The notes beneath the pieces were generated by a model. That model saw only the letters and a list, made by a program, of their open reading frames with translations, searched no databases and had not been told where the DNA came from. The translations under genes and the position numbers were made by a program. A stretch of DNA of 62,552 nucleotides, the filler included, from Deltaproteobacteria bacterium (GTDB lineage: Bacteria; JAUYMQ01), in assembly GCA_030698575.1 (NCBI GenBank). It is 10 parts of 10 records of this genome, joined end to end, with 100 filler letters (N's around TTAATTAATTAA, not from the genome) between each part and the next. Parts side by side here need not be neighbours in the genome. Positions count along the whole stretch, not along the records: positions 44,553 to 52,402 come from JAUYMQ010000013.1; positions 52,503 to 57,999 come from JAUYMQ010000018.1; 8 more parts are not named here. The stretch is one strand, 5' to 3'. Shown in pieces: positions 46,651-56,705 of the stretch. Every line of letters starts with the position of its first letter. The first letter of the stretch is position 1.

Positions 46651-47757
46651 CTAGGCGACGATCTCATGTTCGTCGGACATCTTTTTCACTTCTTCGATGA
46701 TCGCGGCGAGAAGCTGCGAGCGGTCCGTCACCCGGCGGATCATCTTGCCCTTCCGGTAGAGCATGCTCACCCCACGCCCGCCTCCGGCGACACCCAGGTC
46801 GGCCTGTTCGGCCTCGCCCGGGCCGTTCACGACACACCCCATGACCGCAATCTTGATCGGCGCCTTGACCCCCCCGATCGCGGCCTCGACCTCTTTCGCG
46901 AGGGAGATCACATCGAGCTCGTCCCGCCCGCAGGTCGGGCAGGCAATCAGCGTTGGGCCGTGGCGGCGAAGATTGAGCGCTTTCAAAATTTCGAATGCGG
47001 CCCGAACTTCCTCGACGGGATCGTCCGTCAGCGAGACCCGGATCGTGTCGCCGATCCCCTCAGCGAGCAGGATGCCGAGCCCGACGGCCGACTTGATGCT
47101 CCCGCCGAACCGCGTGCCGGCCTCCGTGATTCCTATGTGGAAGGGGTAGTCGACCTTCGGCGCCAGCAGACGGTAGGCGGCCACCGTGGTGGGAACGTCC
47201 GTGGCCTTGAGCGAGATCTTGATGTCCCGGAAGCCCACCGACTCCAGGATCGCCACGTGCCGGAGCGCGCTCTCGACCATCGCCTCGGCAGAGGGCCGCC
47301 CCCCGTAGCGCGCCAGCAGGTCCTTTTCCAGCGAGCCGCCGTTCACGCCGATGCGGATCGGCACTCCCCGTTCCGAGGCCGCCTCGACCACCTCCTTCAC
47401 CCGCGCCGCGCCGCCGATGTTCCCGGGGTTGAGGCGCAATCCGTCCACCCCGGCGCGAAGCGCCTCGAGCGCGAGGACGTGATTGAAGTGGATGTCGGCG
47501 ATGAGCGGCGCGTAGGTGCGCTCCCGGATGCCGTGAAGCGCCCGGGCGGACTCCATGTCGGGGACCGCCAGCCGGATTACCTCGCAGCCCGCCGTGAGAA
47601 GAGCCTCGATCTGGTGGACCGTCGCCTCCACGTCCCGCGTGTCGGTGTTGGTCATCGACTGCACGGCGATGGGCGCGCTACCGCCGATCGCCACCCGGCC
47701 GACCCGGATCGCCCGGGTCGAACGACGGTTGGTGATCGCGTGCAGGGTGTCGCTCAA
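46651..47757 (-). CDS. ispG: HMBPP synthase IspG
   Basis: VQSMTNT, ADIHF, RLNPGN, GIGDTIRVSL, CPTCGR, MGCVVNGPGE; GGAGG before TTG. Confidence 0.96.
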   Translation of the reverse strand: MSDTLHAITNRRSTRAIRVGRVAIGGSAPIAVQSMTNTDTRDVEATVHQIEALLTAGCEVIRLAVPDMESARALHGIRERTYAPLIADIHFNHVLALEALRAGVDGLRLNPGNIGGAARVKEVVEAASERGVPIRIGVNGGSLEKDLLARYGGRPSAEAMVESALRHVAILESVGFRDIKISLKATDVPTTVAAYRLLAPKVDYPFHIGITEAGTRFGGSIKSAVGLGILLAEGIGDTIRVSLTDDPVEEVRAAFEILKALNLRRHGPTLIACPTCGRDELDVISLAKEVEAAIGGVKAPIKIAVMGCVVNGPGEAEQADLGVAGGGRGVSMLYRKGKMIRRVTDRSQLLAAIIEEVKKMSDEHEIVA

Positions 47758-47898
47758 GGCGGGCCTCCATGTGATGCAGGGGCTTTCTGGGTGCGGCGGG
47801 GGCGGGCTCGATTCAGGCTGCCCGAATCTGGCTTCCGGTGCCGGGAGGGTAGTGAGAAAGCCCTTTATCGTCAAGGCATTATAACCTATCTTCCGGAC

Positions 47899-49314
47899 GT
47901 GAATGGCGCGCGCGCGAAGGATGACTCCGGCTCCTTGCTCGAGATCCCCTGGGTGGAACCCGGGCGCGCCTTTCTCGCGCTCGGCGCGGGCGATCGGGCG
48001 CTTCCGGGCGTGGCCTTTCTCGACAGCGCTGGTCCCCTCCGAGACGTTTCCCGCTGGTCCGTGCTTGCTGCCGAGCCCTTCGACACCATCTCGCTGCGCG
48101 CGCCGGGTGCTGACCCCTTTGCCGCGATTGCGGATGCGCTGGCGCTCCATCGGCGCCCCGCCGGAGCCATGCCGTTCGCCGAGGGTGCGCTCCTCGGCTA
48201 TCTCGGCTACGGGGCGCGGCACTCTACCGAGCGCCTTCCGCGCCGGCTTTCCGACGCTTCGGAGCCCGACCTCTGGTTCGGCTGCTATGACGCGCTGATC
48301 ATCTTCGACAGAGAACACCGAAGGGCCTGGGTGGCCTCGTCGGGGCTGCCGGAGCGCGGCGAACGCGCGGCGGCGCAGAGGCGGCGCGAGCGGGCCAGCC
48401 GCCTCGCCCTCCGCCTGGCGAGCCTTCCTCCCGAACCGTCGGCTGCCGCCGGCCCGGCCCGGCTCACCCCGCTCGAGTCCGGAACCGCCTATTCCCCGGC
48501 GCTCTCACCCGCGATGGGGTCCCGGCGTTTCGGCGAAACCGTCGAGCAGGCCAGCGCCTTCATCCGCGCTGGGGACATCTACCAGGTCAATCTCTCCTAC
48601 CCCGTCGATGCTCCCTGCGATCTCGCCCCCTCGCAACTCTATGACCGCCTTCGCCGCCTTTCACCGGCCCCCTTCGGGGCCTACCTCGACACGGGCGCCT
48701 TTCAGGTTCTTTGCAACTCGCCAGAGCGGTTCCTGCTGCTGGAGGACGGGCGTATCGAGACACGACCCATCAAGGGGACGCGCCCGCGGAGCCTCGACGG
48801 CGTCGAAGACGCCCGGCAGGCCGCCGAGCTGCTCGCCTCGCCCAAGGATCGCGCCGAACATGTGATGATCGTGGATCTCGAACGGAACGATCTGGGGCGC
48901 GTGGCGATCCCGGGCAGCGTTCGTGTCGAGCGCATGGCCGGCCTGGAGAGTTACGCGAGTGTCCATCACCTGGTCTCGGTGGTTTCCGCATCCGCGCGGC
49001 CCGGGGCCGGGCCATCCGACGTCCTGCGCGCCTGCTTCCCAGGCGGTTCCATCACGGGCGCGCCCAAGATCAGGGCGATGGAGATCATCGAAGCGCTCGA
49101 GGTCGCGCCCCGCGGGATCTACACCGGCGCCATCGGCGGGATCGGATTCTCGGGGCGGATGGATCTCGCCATCGCCATCCGGACGGCCGTCCTGCGGGAA
49201 GGGCGAGCGCGTTTCCACGTGGGCGGCGGCATCGTCGCGGACTCGAAGCCCGCTGAGGAGTACCGCGAGACCCTGACGAAGGCCGAGGCTTTCGCCCGTT
49301 TGCTGGCCTCTTGA
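47899..49314 (+). CDS. pabB: Aminodeoxychorismate synthase component I (TrpE/PabB family)
   Basis: GDIYQVNL, SPERF, PIKGT, MIVDLERND, FPGGSITGAPK. Confidence 0.88.
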   Translation: MNGARAKDDSGSLLEIPWVEPGRAFLALGAGDRALPGVAFLDSAGPLRDVSRWSVLAAEPFDTISLRAPGADPFAAIADALALHRRPAGAMPFAEGALLGYLGYGARHSTERLPRRLSDASEPDLWFGCYDALIIFDREHRRAWVASSGLPERGERAAAQRRRERASRLALRLASLPPEPSAAAGPARLTPLESGTAYSPALSPAMGSRRFGETVEQASAFIRAGDIYQVNLSYPVDAPCDLAPSQLYDRLRRLSPAPFGAYLDTGAFQVLCNSPERFLLLEDGRIETRPIKGTRPRSLDGVEDARQAAELLASPKDRAEHVMIVDLERNDLGRVAIPGSVRVERMAGLESYASVHHLVSVVSASARPGAGPSDVLRACFPGGSITGAPKIRAMEIIEALEVAPRGIYTGAIGGIGFSGRMDLAIAIRTAVLREGRARFHVGGGIVADSKPAEEYRETLTKAEAFARLLAS

Positions 49315-49417
49315 GAATCGCGGTTATTTGGTCCATCGTGGTGATGAACCCACCGCTTCCGGCCCACGGTCAAAGACGCCCGCCCTCGTGGGGCGCTCCT
49401 AACAGACGGCTTCATTC

Positions 49418-50269
49418 ATGCTGCGTGTCGTTTCCATCAACGGCCGCCTTCTTCCCATGCGCGAAGCGCGCGTGAGCGTGGCAGAGGGGGCCTTTCTGTA
49501 CGGCGAGGGGATCTTCGAAACCGTTCGCCTGTATGACGGCAGGCCGCTCCTGCTCCAGAGCCACCTCGAGCGCGCCTCTGCCGGAGCGAAGCTCCTGGGG
49601 CTCAAGCTCCCGCCGGGCCGGACGCTCGAGCGCGAGATCGCCCGCCTCGTCGCCGCTAACCGGGTCCGGGGAGATGCAGTCGGCCGCATTACGCTCTCGC
49701 GCGCACCTTCGAGCCGTCGCGTCGCCGCCGCGCGGGCCACGCGGGTGCTGATCCTGCGATCGCTGCCGGATGATCTCGCGCGCCAGTACGAGCGCGGGAT
49801 CCGGGTTCGTACCCTTCCCTTCGAGCGAGCGGTCGGCCCGGCCGCGGCCATCAAGCACCTCTCCTATCTGCCAAGCATCCTTGCCCTTCGCGCAGCGGAT
49901 CTCGCGGGCGCCGCCGAGGCGCTCTTCCTCTCGCCGGGGGGCCAGGTGCTCGAGGGCGCCACCACGAACCTCTACGCCTGCATCGACAACACCCTGCTCA
50001 CGCCTCCCGCCGACGGAAGGATCCTCCCGGGCGTCGTGCGCCGGCACCTCTTCTCACTCGGCGGGGAGGGACTTCCGCCCATCAAGGAAGCGCCTATCAG
50101 CCGGGCCGATCTTGATCGGGCTTCAGAGGTCTTTCTGACGAACGCGGTCCGGGAGATTGTGCCGGTCGTCCGCATCGACGCCCGCCCCGTGGGCGGCGGG
50201 CTTCCGGGGCCCGCGACGCGGGCGGCGCAGATGGCGTGGCGGGCCTTCGTGGCCGGGCTGGCCGGGTAG
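49418..50269 (+). CDS. Class IV aminotransferase / aminodeoxychorismate lyase-like
   Basis: YGEGIFET, HLER, IKH, EGATTN, LPGVVR; follows pabB. Confidence 0.85.
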   Translation: MLRVVSINGRLLPMREARVSVAEGAFLYGEGIFETVRLYDGRPLLLQSHLERASAGAKLLGLKLPPGRTLEREIARLVAANRVRGDAVGRITLSRAPSSRRVAAARATRVLILRSLPDDLARQYERGIRVRTLPFERAVGPAAAIKHLSYLPSILALRAADLAGAAEALFLSPGGQVLEGATTNLYACIDNTLLTPPADGRILPGVVRRHLFSLGGEGLPPIKEAPISRADLDRASEVFLTNAVREIVPVVRIDARPVGGGLPGPATRAAQMAWRAFVAGLAG

Positions 50270-50455
50270 CGGGCGGCGGAGCGGCTGGTCCCGGCGCGCC
50301 CCCGAAACTGGCCAATTTTGTGCGATCGGTGCCCAAACGCGTCACACCTCGGGGGGGGTCCCGGATCCTTTTGACACAATTCTGAGACAGCCTACCTCGC
50401 TCAAGCCTTTGAATTCAAAGCAATATTCCATATTTTGGCTTGTGCTTACCGATTC

Positions 50456-50471
50456 TGGCACGCTTCCTGCT
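50456..50471 (+). promoter_or_regulatory. Sigma54 (-24/-12) promoter
   Basis: TGGCACG-CTTC-CTGCT with correct GG-N10-GC spacing; AT-rich IHF-like tract at 50400-50436. Confidence 0.75.
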
Positions 50472-50481
50472 TTAGTCATGA

Positions 50482-50571
50482 ACCAGAGTGAGTGTTTTAC
50501 CTTCCAAACTTCTTTCTGCGGAAGGGGCCGATGGTGGTATCCGTGGCTGGCCACCATCGGCTTTCTTTTTT
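50482..50571 (+). ncRNA. Candidate sigma54-dependent small RNA
   Basis: Predicted TSS 50482, CCTTCC/GGAAGG stem with pyrimidine loop, 11-bp terminator stem plus T tract; no plausible ORF. Confidence 0.6.
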
Positions 50572-50619
50572 GGGGCCCGGGGCTGTTCCCCGGGCCTTTT
50601 CACGCTCGGGGATCGCCCC

Positions 50620-50650
50620 AACAGGAAAGGGAGCCCATCGGGCTCCCTTC
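50620..50650 (-). terminator. Intrinsic terminator of the convergent Zn-finger gene
   Basis: AAGGGAGCCC-GAT-GGGCTCCCTT followed by TCCTGTT on minus strand. Confidence 0.65.
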
Positions 50651-50674
50651 TGATTCGCGATCATGCGAGCTGGC

Positions 50675-51049
50675 TCACCCTTCAGGCTTCGCCTCCTCAT
50701 CGCCCCCTGCCGGCTCGGCGGGCGCTTCTTTCACGGCTTCGGTGGAGGCTTCAGCCGGGGCTGCCGGCGCTACCACAGCCTCCGCTGCGGCGGGAGGAGC
50801 AGCCGCCTCGGCAGCCTCCGAACCCTTTCCGCGTGCCGAGCGCCACTCGTTCAAATGAGTCTCGCACAGGCCCATGGCGTCCCGCTTGCCCAGGCATTCC
50901 TCCTTGGAGCAGATCTTGAAGCGGGCCTTGCCGTACTTTCCCTGGCGCCACTCGCGGTAGTGGACATTGCAGTAGGACTTGGCCCGGTAGGGGCGCTTGC
51001 ACCCCTCGATGCGGCAGCGCTTTTCCACCTGGGTCACTTGCGCGGTCAA
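50675..51049 (-). CDS. Small CCCH-type Zn-finger protein resembling myxobacterial vegetative protein
   Basis: Two CxxxxC...CxxH units, Ala/Glu/Pro tail; GGAGGT before TTG. Confidence 0.65.
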   Translation of the reverse strand: MTAQVTQVEKRCRIEGCKRPYRAKSYCNVHYREWRQGKYGKARFKICSKEECLGKRDAMGLCETHLNEWRSARGKGSEAAEAAAPPAAAEAVVAPAAPAEASTEAVKEAPAEPAGGDEEAKPEG

Positions 51050-51131
51050 GGACTCACCTCCACGGCGCCCGCCGGGCGCGATCGTCATAGGTTCGGGACA
51101 GCTCTCCAAAGGCCCTCTGCGAGGGGGGCTG

Positions 51132-51199
51132 AAGTTATCGCCGGGGGCGCGTCCTGTCAACGCGCCACGTTTGACACGTCCGGCGCCCCCGCCTAGGCT
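51132..51199. promoter_or_regulatory. Back-to-back sigma70 promoters
   Basis: Minus TTGACA (51160-51155)-17bp-TAACTT; plus TTGACA (51171-51176)-17bp-TAGGCT. Confidence 0.65.
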
Positions 51200-51208
51200 A
51201 CCGATCCC

Positions 51209-51523
51209 ATGTCAACGCTTCCGTCAAGAAACCGCCGCTTCGATCTTTACCAGGATTCGAAGCTCCGCCGGGCGCTCGACGCCCAGCGGCTCCTCGAGGC
51301 CATCCGGCGCGACATGCAAGATCCCGTCCCACGTGGCACCCTCTCCGTGCGCCCTGTTCGCATCGGGAAACGTCTCCGATACCGGCTCGAATACGCCAAT
51401 CCCGCCATGAGCTGCAGCCGCATCACCTTCCTGACACCCGGAGAACTCGAACGCCTCCACAGCATCGTCGGAGAAGCAGGGGACCGCCCGCTCCTCGACG
51501 AGCGGCAGGATGAGGCGAGCTGA
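51209..51523 (+). CDS. Hypothetical protein
   Basis: Follows the plus-strand promoter. Confidence 0.6.
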   Translation: MSTLPSRNRRFDLYQDSKLRRALDAQRLLEAIRRDMQDPVPRGTLSVRPVRIGKRLRYRLEYANPAMSCSRITFLTPGELERLHSIVGEAGDRPLLDERQDEAS

Positions 51524-51527
51524 GCGC

Positions 51528-52013
51528 CTAGGGTCGCGACACAGCGCCCAGGCATCTCGGTGACGGCACGAATCCGGTGATCGGATCCCACTGAAGCTTT
51601 GCGCACGCCGCCCGCGCTTGAGGGCCGTCGATGCGCGCGTTTCCTTCGAGGATCCACGCCCGGCGAAACGCGTCGACCTTCGCGCGCTCGGCCCGGACCC
51701 GCGTCGGGCGCCCGGCGTCGTCGACAAGGGTCGCGTCGATGTCGCGCAGGCGCGCCTGCCGCAACACCGGGAGGGTGAAGAACCCTGCCCGGGCGGATCC
51801 GATCTCGAGCGAGGACGCCCGCGCATCCACGGTTCGCCGATCGCCCTCATAGACGCGGTAATGGACGTTCTCCAGATGCCAGCGGGCGGGGATGCCTCGC
51901 GGGGCCTGGGGGATCTTCGCGCGACCCGGGAGGAAGTCCCCGACCGCGAGAATCCCGTAGGAGCCGAGCAGCGCCACGAAGAGCGTGATCACCGGCAGAA
52001 GCAGGCGGTTCAC
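51528..52013 (-). CDS. Single-TM beta-rich protein (LptC-like architecture)
   Basis: GTG start overlapping upstream stop; TM anchor then RAERAKVD...ILEGNARI...KLQWD. Confidence 0.5.
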   Translation of the reverse strand: MNRLLLPVITLFVALLGSYGILAVGDFLPGRAKIPQAPRGIPARWHLENVHYRVYEGDRRTVDARASSLEIGSARAGFFTLPVLRQARLRDIDATLVDDAGRPTRVRAERAKVDAFRRAWILEGNARIDGPQARAACAKLQWDPITGFVPSPRCLGAVSRP

Positions 52014-52402
52014 TGAAACTCCACCTGCGTGGCGTTGGCGCCCGGCAGGTACACCTGCACGTCGTCCACGGCCCACATCCCCGGCGTCGCGGGTGTGAAG
52101 GGCTCGTAGGAGAACCGGAGGTGGAAGGTCACGTTCGCAGCGGACGTGAGCGACGAGAGCTGCGTGACCTGCGAAACGTACGCGCCCGTGGAGCTGCTCC
52201 AGTTCACCGCGGTAACGATGTCTCCCGAGGGCTCGAGACGCGTCTGCACCCTTCCGCGCGCGCAGCAGCCCGGCCGGTCCAGGAAGTGGTTGTAGCGGAC
52301 CCGCACGCCGCTCGAAGTGGCTGCCCCGGGGGTAACGAGGGGGCCGGTCTCGATGGTGTTGGGGGTGGTGTACAAGCCTCCGGGGTCGGTCCACCAGGCG
52401 TT
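52010..52402 (-). CDS. C-terminal fragment of an extracellular beta-sandwich protein
   Basis: ...FHLRFSY...GMWAVDDVQV; truncated at contig edge. Confidence 0.5.
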   Translation of the reverse strand, partial: NAWWTDPGGLYTTPNTIETGPLVTPGAATSSGVRVRYNHFLDRPGCCARGRVQTRLEPSGDIVTAVNWSSSTGAYVSQVTQLSSLTSAANVTFHLRFSYEPFTPATPGMWAVDDVQVYLPGANATQVEFQ

Positions 52403-52502
52403 NNNNNNNNNNNNNNNNNNNNNNNNNNNNNNNNNNNNNNNNNNNNTTAATTAATTAANNNNNNNNNNNNNNNNNNNNNNNNNNNNNNNNNNNNNNNNNN
52501 NN

Positions 52503-52606
52503 ATTTCGTCGGAGAGCGAGTGGAAGACGAAGCTCCGCGCCTTCAGGAAGTCCGCCAGCACTCCTTTTCCCGAACCATTCGGTCCCGTGAGGCCGATGAC
52601 TATCAT
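52503..52606 (-). CDS. P-loop kinase (dephospho-CoA/adenylate kinase-like), truncated
   Basis: MIVIGLTGPNGSGKG...SLSD; GGAGGAG RBS. Confidence 0.7.
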
Positions 52607-52781
52607 CGTGTCTCCTCCATGGGCTCGACCGCGATCGGCGGCCGGGCGCCAGCGACACCTTGCCACGCCGGACCGCCGCCGCGCAACGTCGGGGGGACAG
52701 TCCCTGGGTCGCGCGCCCAACGCGAGACCCCCGGCATTCCGGACCGGGGGTCGGCTGTTCCGGCGAGGGGCGCGGCCCCCG

Positions 52782-54101
52782 TCAGTCGTAGTACTCGTTC
52801 CCGAGGTGGGTGATCAGCTCCTCGCCACGCAGGTGGCGGAGCGTGTTCTTGAGCTTCATGAGCTGGATGAACAGATCGTGCTCGGCGTAGAGCCCGGGGG
52901 CCGTCATGGGGCTCTTGAAGTAGAAGCTCAGCCACTCCTGGATGCCCTTCATCTTCGTGCGCTGCGCCAGATCAAGGAAGAGCGCAAGGTCGAGGACGAG
53001 GGGCGCCGCCAGGATGGAATCGCGGCAGAGGAAGTCGATCTTGATCTGCATCGGATAGCCGAGCCATCCGAAGATGTCGATGTTGTCCCACCCTTCCTTG
53101 TTGTCGCCGCGGGGCGGGTAGTAGTTTATCGAGACCTTGTGGAAGAAGTCGCCATAGAGGGTGGGATAGAGGTCCGGCTGGAGAATCTGGGTCAGCACGG
53201 AAAGCTTGGACTCTTCCTTGGTCTTGAACGAGCCCGGGTCGTCGAGAACGGCACCGTCGCGGTTTCCGAGGATGTTCGTCGAGTACCAGCCGGCAAGCCC
53301 GAGAAGCCGCGACTTGATCCCCGGCGCAATCATGGTCTTCATGAGCGTCTGGCCCGTTTTGAAGTCTTTGCCGCAGACGGGCACGCCCTTCTTCCGGGCC
53401 AGCGATACGAGCGCCGGGATATCCACCGTGAGGTTAGGCGCGCCGTTGGCGAAGGGGACGCCGCTCTTGAGCGCGGCGTAGGCGTAGATCATGCTTGGCG
53501 CGATGGCCGGATGGTTCTTCTTCATCGCGGCCTCGAACCCTTCGAGGGTCTCGTGGACGGCCGCGAGTTTGAGGAACACCTCGGTGCTCGCGCACCAGAT
53601 CATCACGAGACGTGAACAGCCATTTTCCTTCTTGAAACGCGCGATGTCGTCGATGAGCTGCTCGGCGAGATCGAGCTTGGTCTTGCCCTTCTTCACGTTC
53701 GGCCCGTCCAGCCGCTTCACGAACTGGCGATCGAAGACAGCTTTCATGGGCCGGATGTTCTCGATCGAGTCCTTCACCGACTCGACCAGCCCGCGCTCCA
53801 GGACACCGGCGTTGATCGCCGCTTCGTAAACGTTGTCCTTGTAGATGTCCCAGCCCCCGAAGACGAGATCATCGAGGCCGGCCAGGGGGACGAAATCCTT
53901 GATGAGCGGCGCACGGCCATCGGTCCGCTTTCCGAGGCGGATGGTCCCCATCTGGGTCAGCGAGCCGATGGGCTGTCCGAGCCCGCGGCGGATGGCTTCC
54001 ACGCCGATGATGGTTGTCGTGCTCACCGCCCCGAGTCCCGGCATCAGGATGCCGAGCTTTCCCTTGGCGGGCGCGATCGCGGACTTCTTCTTGGCGGGCA
54101 T
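52782..54101 (-). CDS. ino1: Myo-inositol-1-phosphate synthase
   Basis: GLGAVSTT, GWD, WCASTE, NGAP, GKDFKTGQT, NILGNRDG, GDNKE, DSILAAP. Confidence 0.93.
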   Translation of the reverse strand: MPAKKKSAIAPAKGKLGILMPGLGAVSTTTIIGVEAIRRGLGQPIGSLTQMGTIRLGKRTDGRAPLIKDFVPLAGLDDLVFGGWDIYKDNVYEAAINAGVLERGLVESVKDSIENIRPMKAVFDRQFVKRLDGPNVKKGKTKLDLAEQLIDDIARFKKENGCSRLVMIWCASTEVFLKLAAVHETLEGFEAAMKKNHPAIAPSMIYAYAALKSGVPFANGAPNLTVDIPALVSLARKKGVPVCGKDFKTGQTLMKTMIAPGIKSRLLGLAGWYSTNILGNRDGAVLDDPGSFKTKEESKLSVLTQILQPDLYPTLYGDFFHKVSINYYPPRGDNKEGWDNIDIFGWLGYPMQIKIDFLCRDSILAAPLVLDLALFLDLAQRTKMKGIQEWLSFYFKSPMTAPGLYAEHDLFIQLMKLKNTLRHLRGEELITHLGNEYYD

Positions 54102-54311
54102 GGTTGTCCTCGTGTTGGCCGGAGTTGGGCAGGGCTTGGTGCGAGTGGGAGGGACGTCGTTTTTGCGTGCTAAGAAGCCCCCCTTAACCCGACGGAAGTC
54201 TAGTCAATGGGTCAGTGCGCCGCAAGCGGCCGCTCTTGGTTGACGCCCCCCGGATCCCGTGTTAGAGATGCACGCCACTTCTTCCGGGCGGGCAAGTCTA
54301 GGAAAATCATC

Positions 54312-54686
54312 ATGGATCTCGATTTCGACAAGTGGGACGGCCTGGTTCCGGCCATCGCGCAGGACTGGAAGACCGGCGAGGTCTACATGCTCGCCTTCAT
54401 GGACCGCACCGCTTGGGAGAAAACCCTCGCGACCGGGAAGGTCCACTACCACAGCCGTTCGCGAAACAAGACCTGGATGAAGGGCGAAGAGAGCGGTCAC
54501 GTTCAGCTGGTGAAGGAAATTCTCGTCGATTGCGATGAAGACACCGTGCTCCTGAAGATCGCGCAGGAGGGCGGCGCAGCCTGCCACACGGGCTACCGCA
54601 CCTGCTTCTACAGGCGGACCGGCACGGGCGGCGTCGAGGTGCTGGGCGAGAAGGTCTTCGACCCGGAGAAAGTCTACCGAAAATGA
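54312..54686 (+). CDS. hisI: Phosphoribosyl-AMP cyclohydrolase
   Basis: [27 protein letters not shown]. Confidence 0.95.
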   Translation: MDLDFDKWDGLVPAIAQDWKTGEVYMLAFMDRTAWEKTLATGKVHYHSRSRNKTWMKGEESGHVQLVKEILVDCDEDTVLLKIAQEGGAACHTGYRTCFYRRTGTGGVEVLGEKVFDPEKVYRK

Positions 54687-55582
54687 AGCGCAAGGCGTCA
54701 GAGAACGAGGGGGCGGTGCTGCGGCTGGGGCTTCCGAAGGGGAGCTTGCAGGACGCCACGGCTGCGCTCTTCCGGAAGGCCGGCTACATCATCACCTTTG
54801 GCAGCCGCTCCTACTATCCCGACATCGACGACCCGGACATCGAGTGCATGCTCATCCGCGCGCAGGAGATGGCGCGTTATGTCGAGGACGGGGTGATCGA
54901 CTGCGGCCTGACCGGTCGCGACTGGATCCAGGAAAACGGGGCCAAGGTGGTCGAGATGACGGAGCTTGCCTACTCGAAGGCCACGAGCCGGCCCGTGCGC
55001 TGGGTGCTCGCCGTGCCAGAGGACTCTCCCGTCCAGTCGGTCAAGGACCTCGCGGGCCAGCGGATAGCCACCGAGCTGGTCGAGGTGACCAGGGCGTACC
55101 TTCGCAAGCACCGCGTGAAAGCCGAGGTCGAGTTCTCCTGGGGGGCGACTGAGGTCAAGCCGCCAAAGCTTGCCGACGCCATCGTCGAGGCCACCGAGAC
55201 CGGGTCCAGCCTGCGGGCGAACAACCTGCGCATTGTCGACACGCTTCTCGTGAGCACGACGCGCTTCATCGCAAACCGGAAGGCGAGCCGCGACCCATGG
55301 AAGCGGCGCAAGATGGAAAACCTGGTGCTCATGCTCCGCGGCGCCGTCGAGGCGGAGGGGCGCGCGGGCCTCATGATGAACGTCCGGAAAAAGGATCTGA
55401 AGAAAGTCCTCGCGCTGCTCCCCGCGTTGCAGAAGCCGACCATTTCCGCGCTGTCCGATCCGGCCTGGTGCGACATCAACACCATCATCGAAGAGAAGGC
55501 CGCACGGGATCTGATTCCCGCTCTGAAGGAAGCAGGGGCTGCCGGGATCGTCGAGTACCCCCTCAACAAGATCATCCCCTGA
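54683..55582 (+). CDS. hisG: ATP phosphoribosyltransferase, long form
   Basis: [20 protein letters not shown]-terminal regulatory domain. Confidence 0.95.
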   Translation: MKRKASENEGAVLRLGLPKGSLQDATAALFRKAGYIITFGSRSYYPDIDDPDIECMLIRAQEMARYVEDGVIDCGLTGRDWIQENGAKVVEMTELAYSKATSRPVRWVLAVPEDSPVQSVKDLAGQRIATELVEVTRAYLRKHRVKAEVEFSWGATEVKPPKLADAIVEATETGSSLRANNLRIVDTLLVSTTRFIANRKASRDPWKRRKMENLVLMLRGAVEAEGRAGLMMNVRKKDLKKVLALLPALQKPTISALSDPAWCDINTIIEEKAARDLIPALKEAGAAGIVEYPLNKIIP

Positions 55583-55633
55583 GCCGGCTGCGCTGAGCGT
55601 GTGGGGGGTCGCGCGGCGCACGCGAGCGGAAAG

Positions 55634-56106
55634 ATGTTCTCCGAGGATCTTCGGGCCTGTCTGAAGCCCGTCGTGATCGTGCAGAAGGTCATCTGGTTTG
55701 CGCTGACCGCGCCGATCCCGATCTACCTCAGCGTTCTGTTCGGGTGGGATGGGGGCTCCGAATTGCCGCTGCCCGCCCTTCCGGGCTGGCTCTACCGCCC
55801 ACGGACGCCGCGGCGCCACCTGCGGACACGCCGTCCGCCCTCGCCGACAAGGTTCGCGCCTACATGGCCCTCGGACCGGCGGACCGGCGGCTGCTCGGCC
55901 TCGCGACCTGGCTCATCGTGCCGCAAGTAATCTGCCTGGCCGCGAACGAGGCCGTCGTGAGCTTCGGTTTTGTGCTGGGGCTCCTGGGGGGATCGCCGGC
56001 CGCGGCAATCCCCTTCGCCGCCGCCGTGCTCGTCCTGAACTTTCTCGTCTACCCCCGCACCGAGGAGATCCTGCTCCGCCTCCAGGTCTGGGCGGACGTG
56101 GGCTGA
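55634..56106 (+). pseudogene. Membrane protein split across two frames near 55790
   Basis: Hydrophobic N-part in one frame (55634), hydrophobic C-part ending TGA 56106 in another. Confidence 0.5.
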
Positions 56107-56669
56107 TGGAGGAGGCGCCGGTGACCGAGCCGCGCATCAGGACCGAAGAGCCGATCATCGAGGAAGTGCTGGATCGGTGGGGCGGATCCATCGGGAAGGA
56201 TCTCCCCGCGGTCCGGGGCCACGTCTACCGGATGTTCAATCACACGCTGGCGCTGGCGGACGGAAGCGAGGCGACGGTCCGCAAGGCCGCGGTCGCGGCC
56301 GCCTTCCACGACCTGGGAATCTGGGCGCGCGGGACCTTTGACTATCTCGCTCCCTCCTGTGACCTGGCGATGGCCTTTCTCGAGGAGCGGGGCTGGGCGG
56401 AATTGTCGGAGGATGTTGCCGCGATGATTCTTTTCCACCACAAGCTGACCCCGTGTCGGGGCGCGGACGCATCCCTCGTGGAGGCATTCCGCAAGGCGGA
56501 CCTCGTCGACCTCTCGATGGGGCTTGCCCGGCTGGGCCTCGACCGGTCTCACCTTGCGGCCGCGCGCACCGCTTTTCCCAACGCCGGTTTCCACCGCCGT
56601 ATCCTGGCGCTGGGCACCCGCTGGGCGCTCCGGCACCCGCTGAACCCGCTCCCGATGTTCCGGTGGTGA
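56106..56669 (+). CDS. HD-domain protein
   Basis: GHVYR, FHDLGIW, HHK, ADLVD. Confidence 0.75.
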   Translation: MEEAPVTEPRIRTEEPIIEEVLDRWGGSIGKDLPAVRGHVYRMFNHTLALADGSEATVRKAAVAAAFHDLGIWARGTFDYLAPSCDLAMAFLEERGWAELSEDVAAMILFHHKLTPCRGADASLVEAFRKADLVDLSMGLARLGLDRSHLAAARTAFPNAGFHRRILALGTRWALRHPLNPLPMFRW

Positions 56670-56705
56670 GTTTTCCGGGCCAGGAACGCTGAGGATCGAG
56701 CAACC

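Noticed and set aside
46666..47898. N-terminal 411 aa of the 882-aa ORF (apparent PabB fusion)
   Set aside because: Antisense shadow of ispG; PabB begins near 47899
50157..50858. 233-aa ORF across the sRNA region
   Set aside because: Overlaps two genes out of frame, spans terminators and has no recognisable motif
52782..54101. ino1 as marker of a special pathway
   Set aside because: No partner genes for mycothiol, DIP or inositol lipids are visible in the fragment
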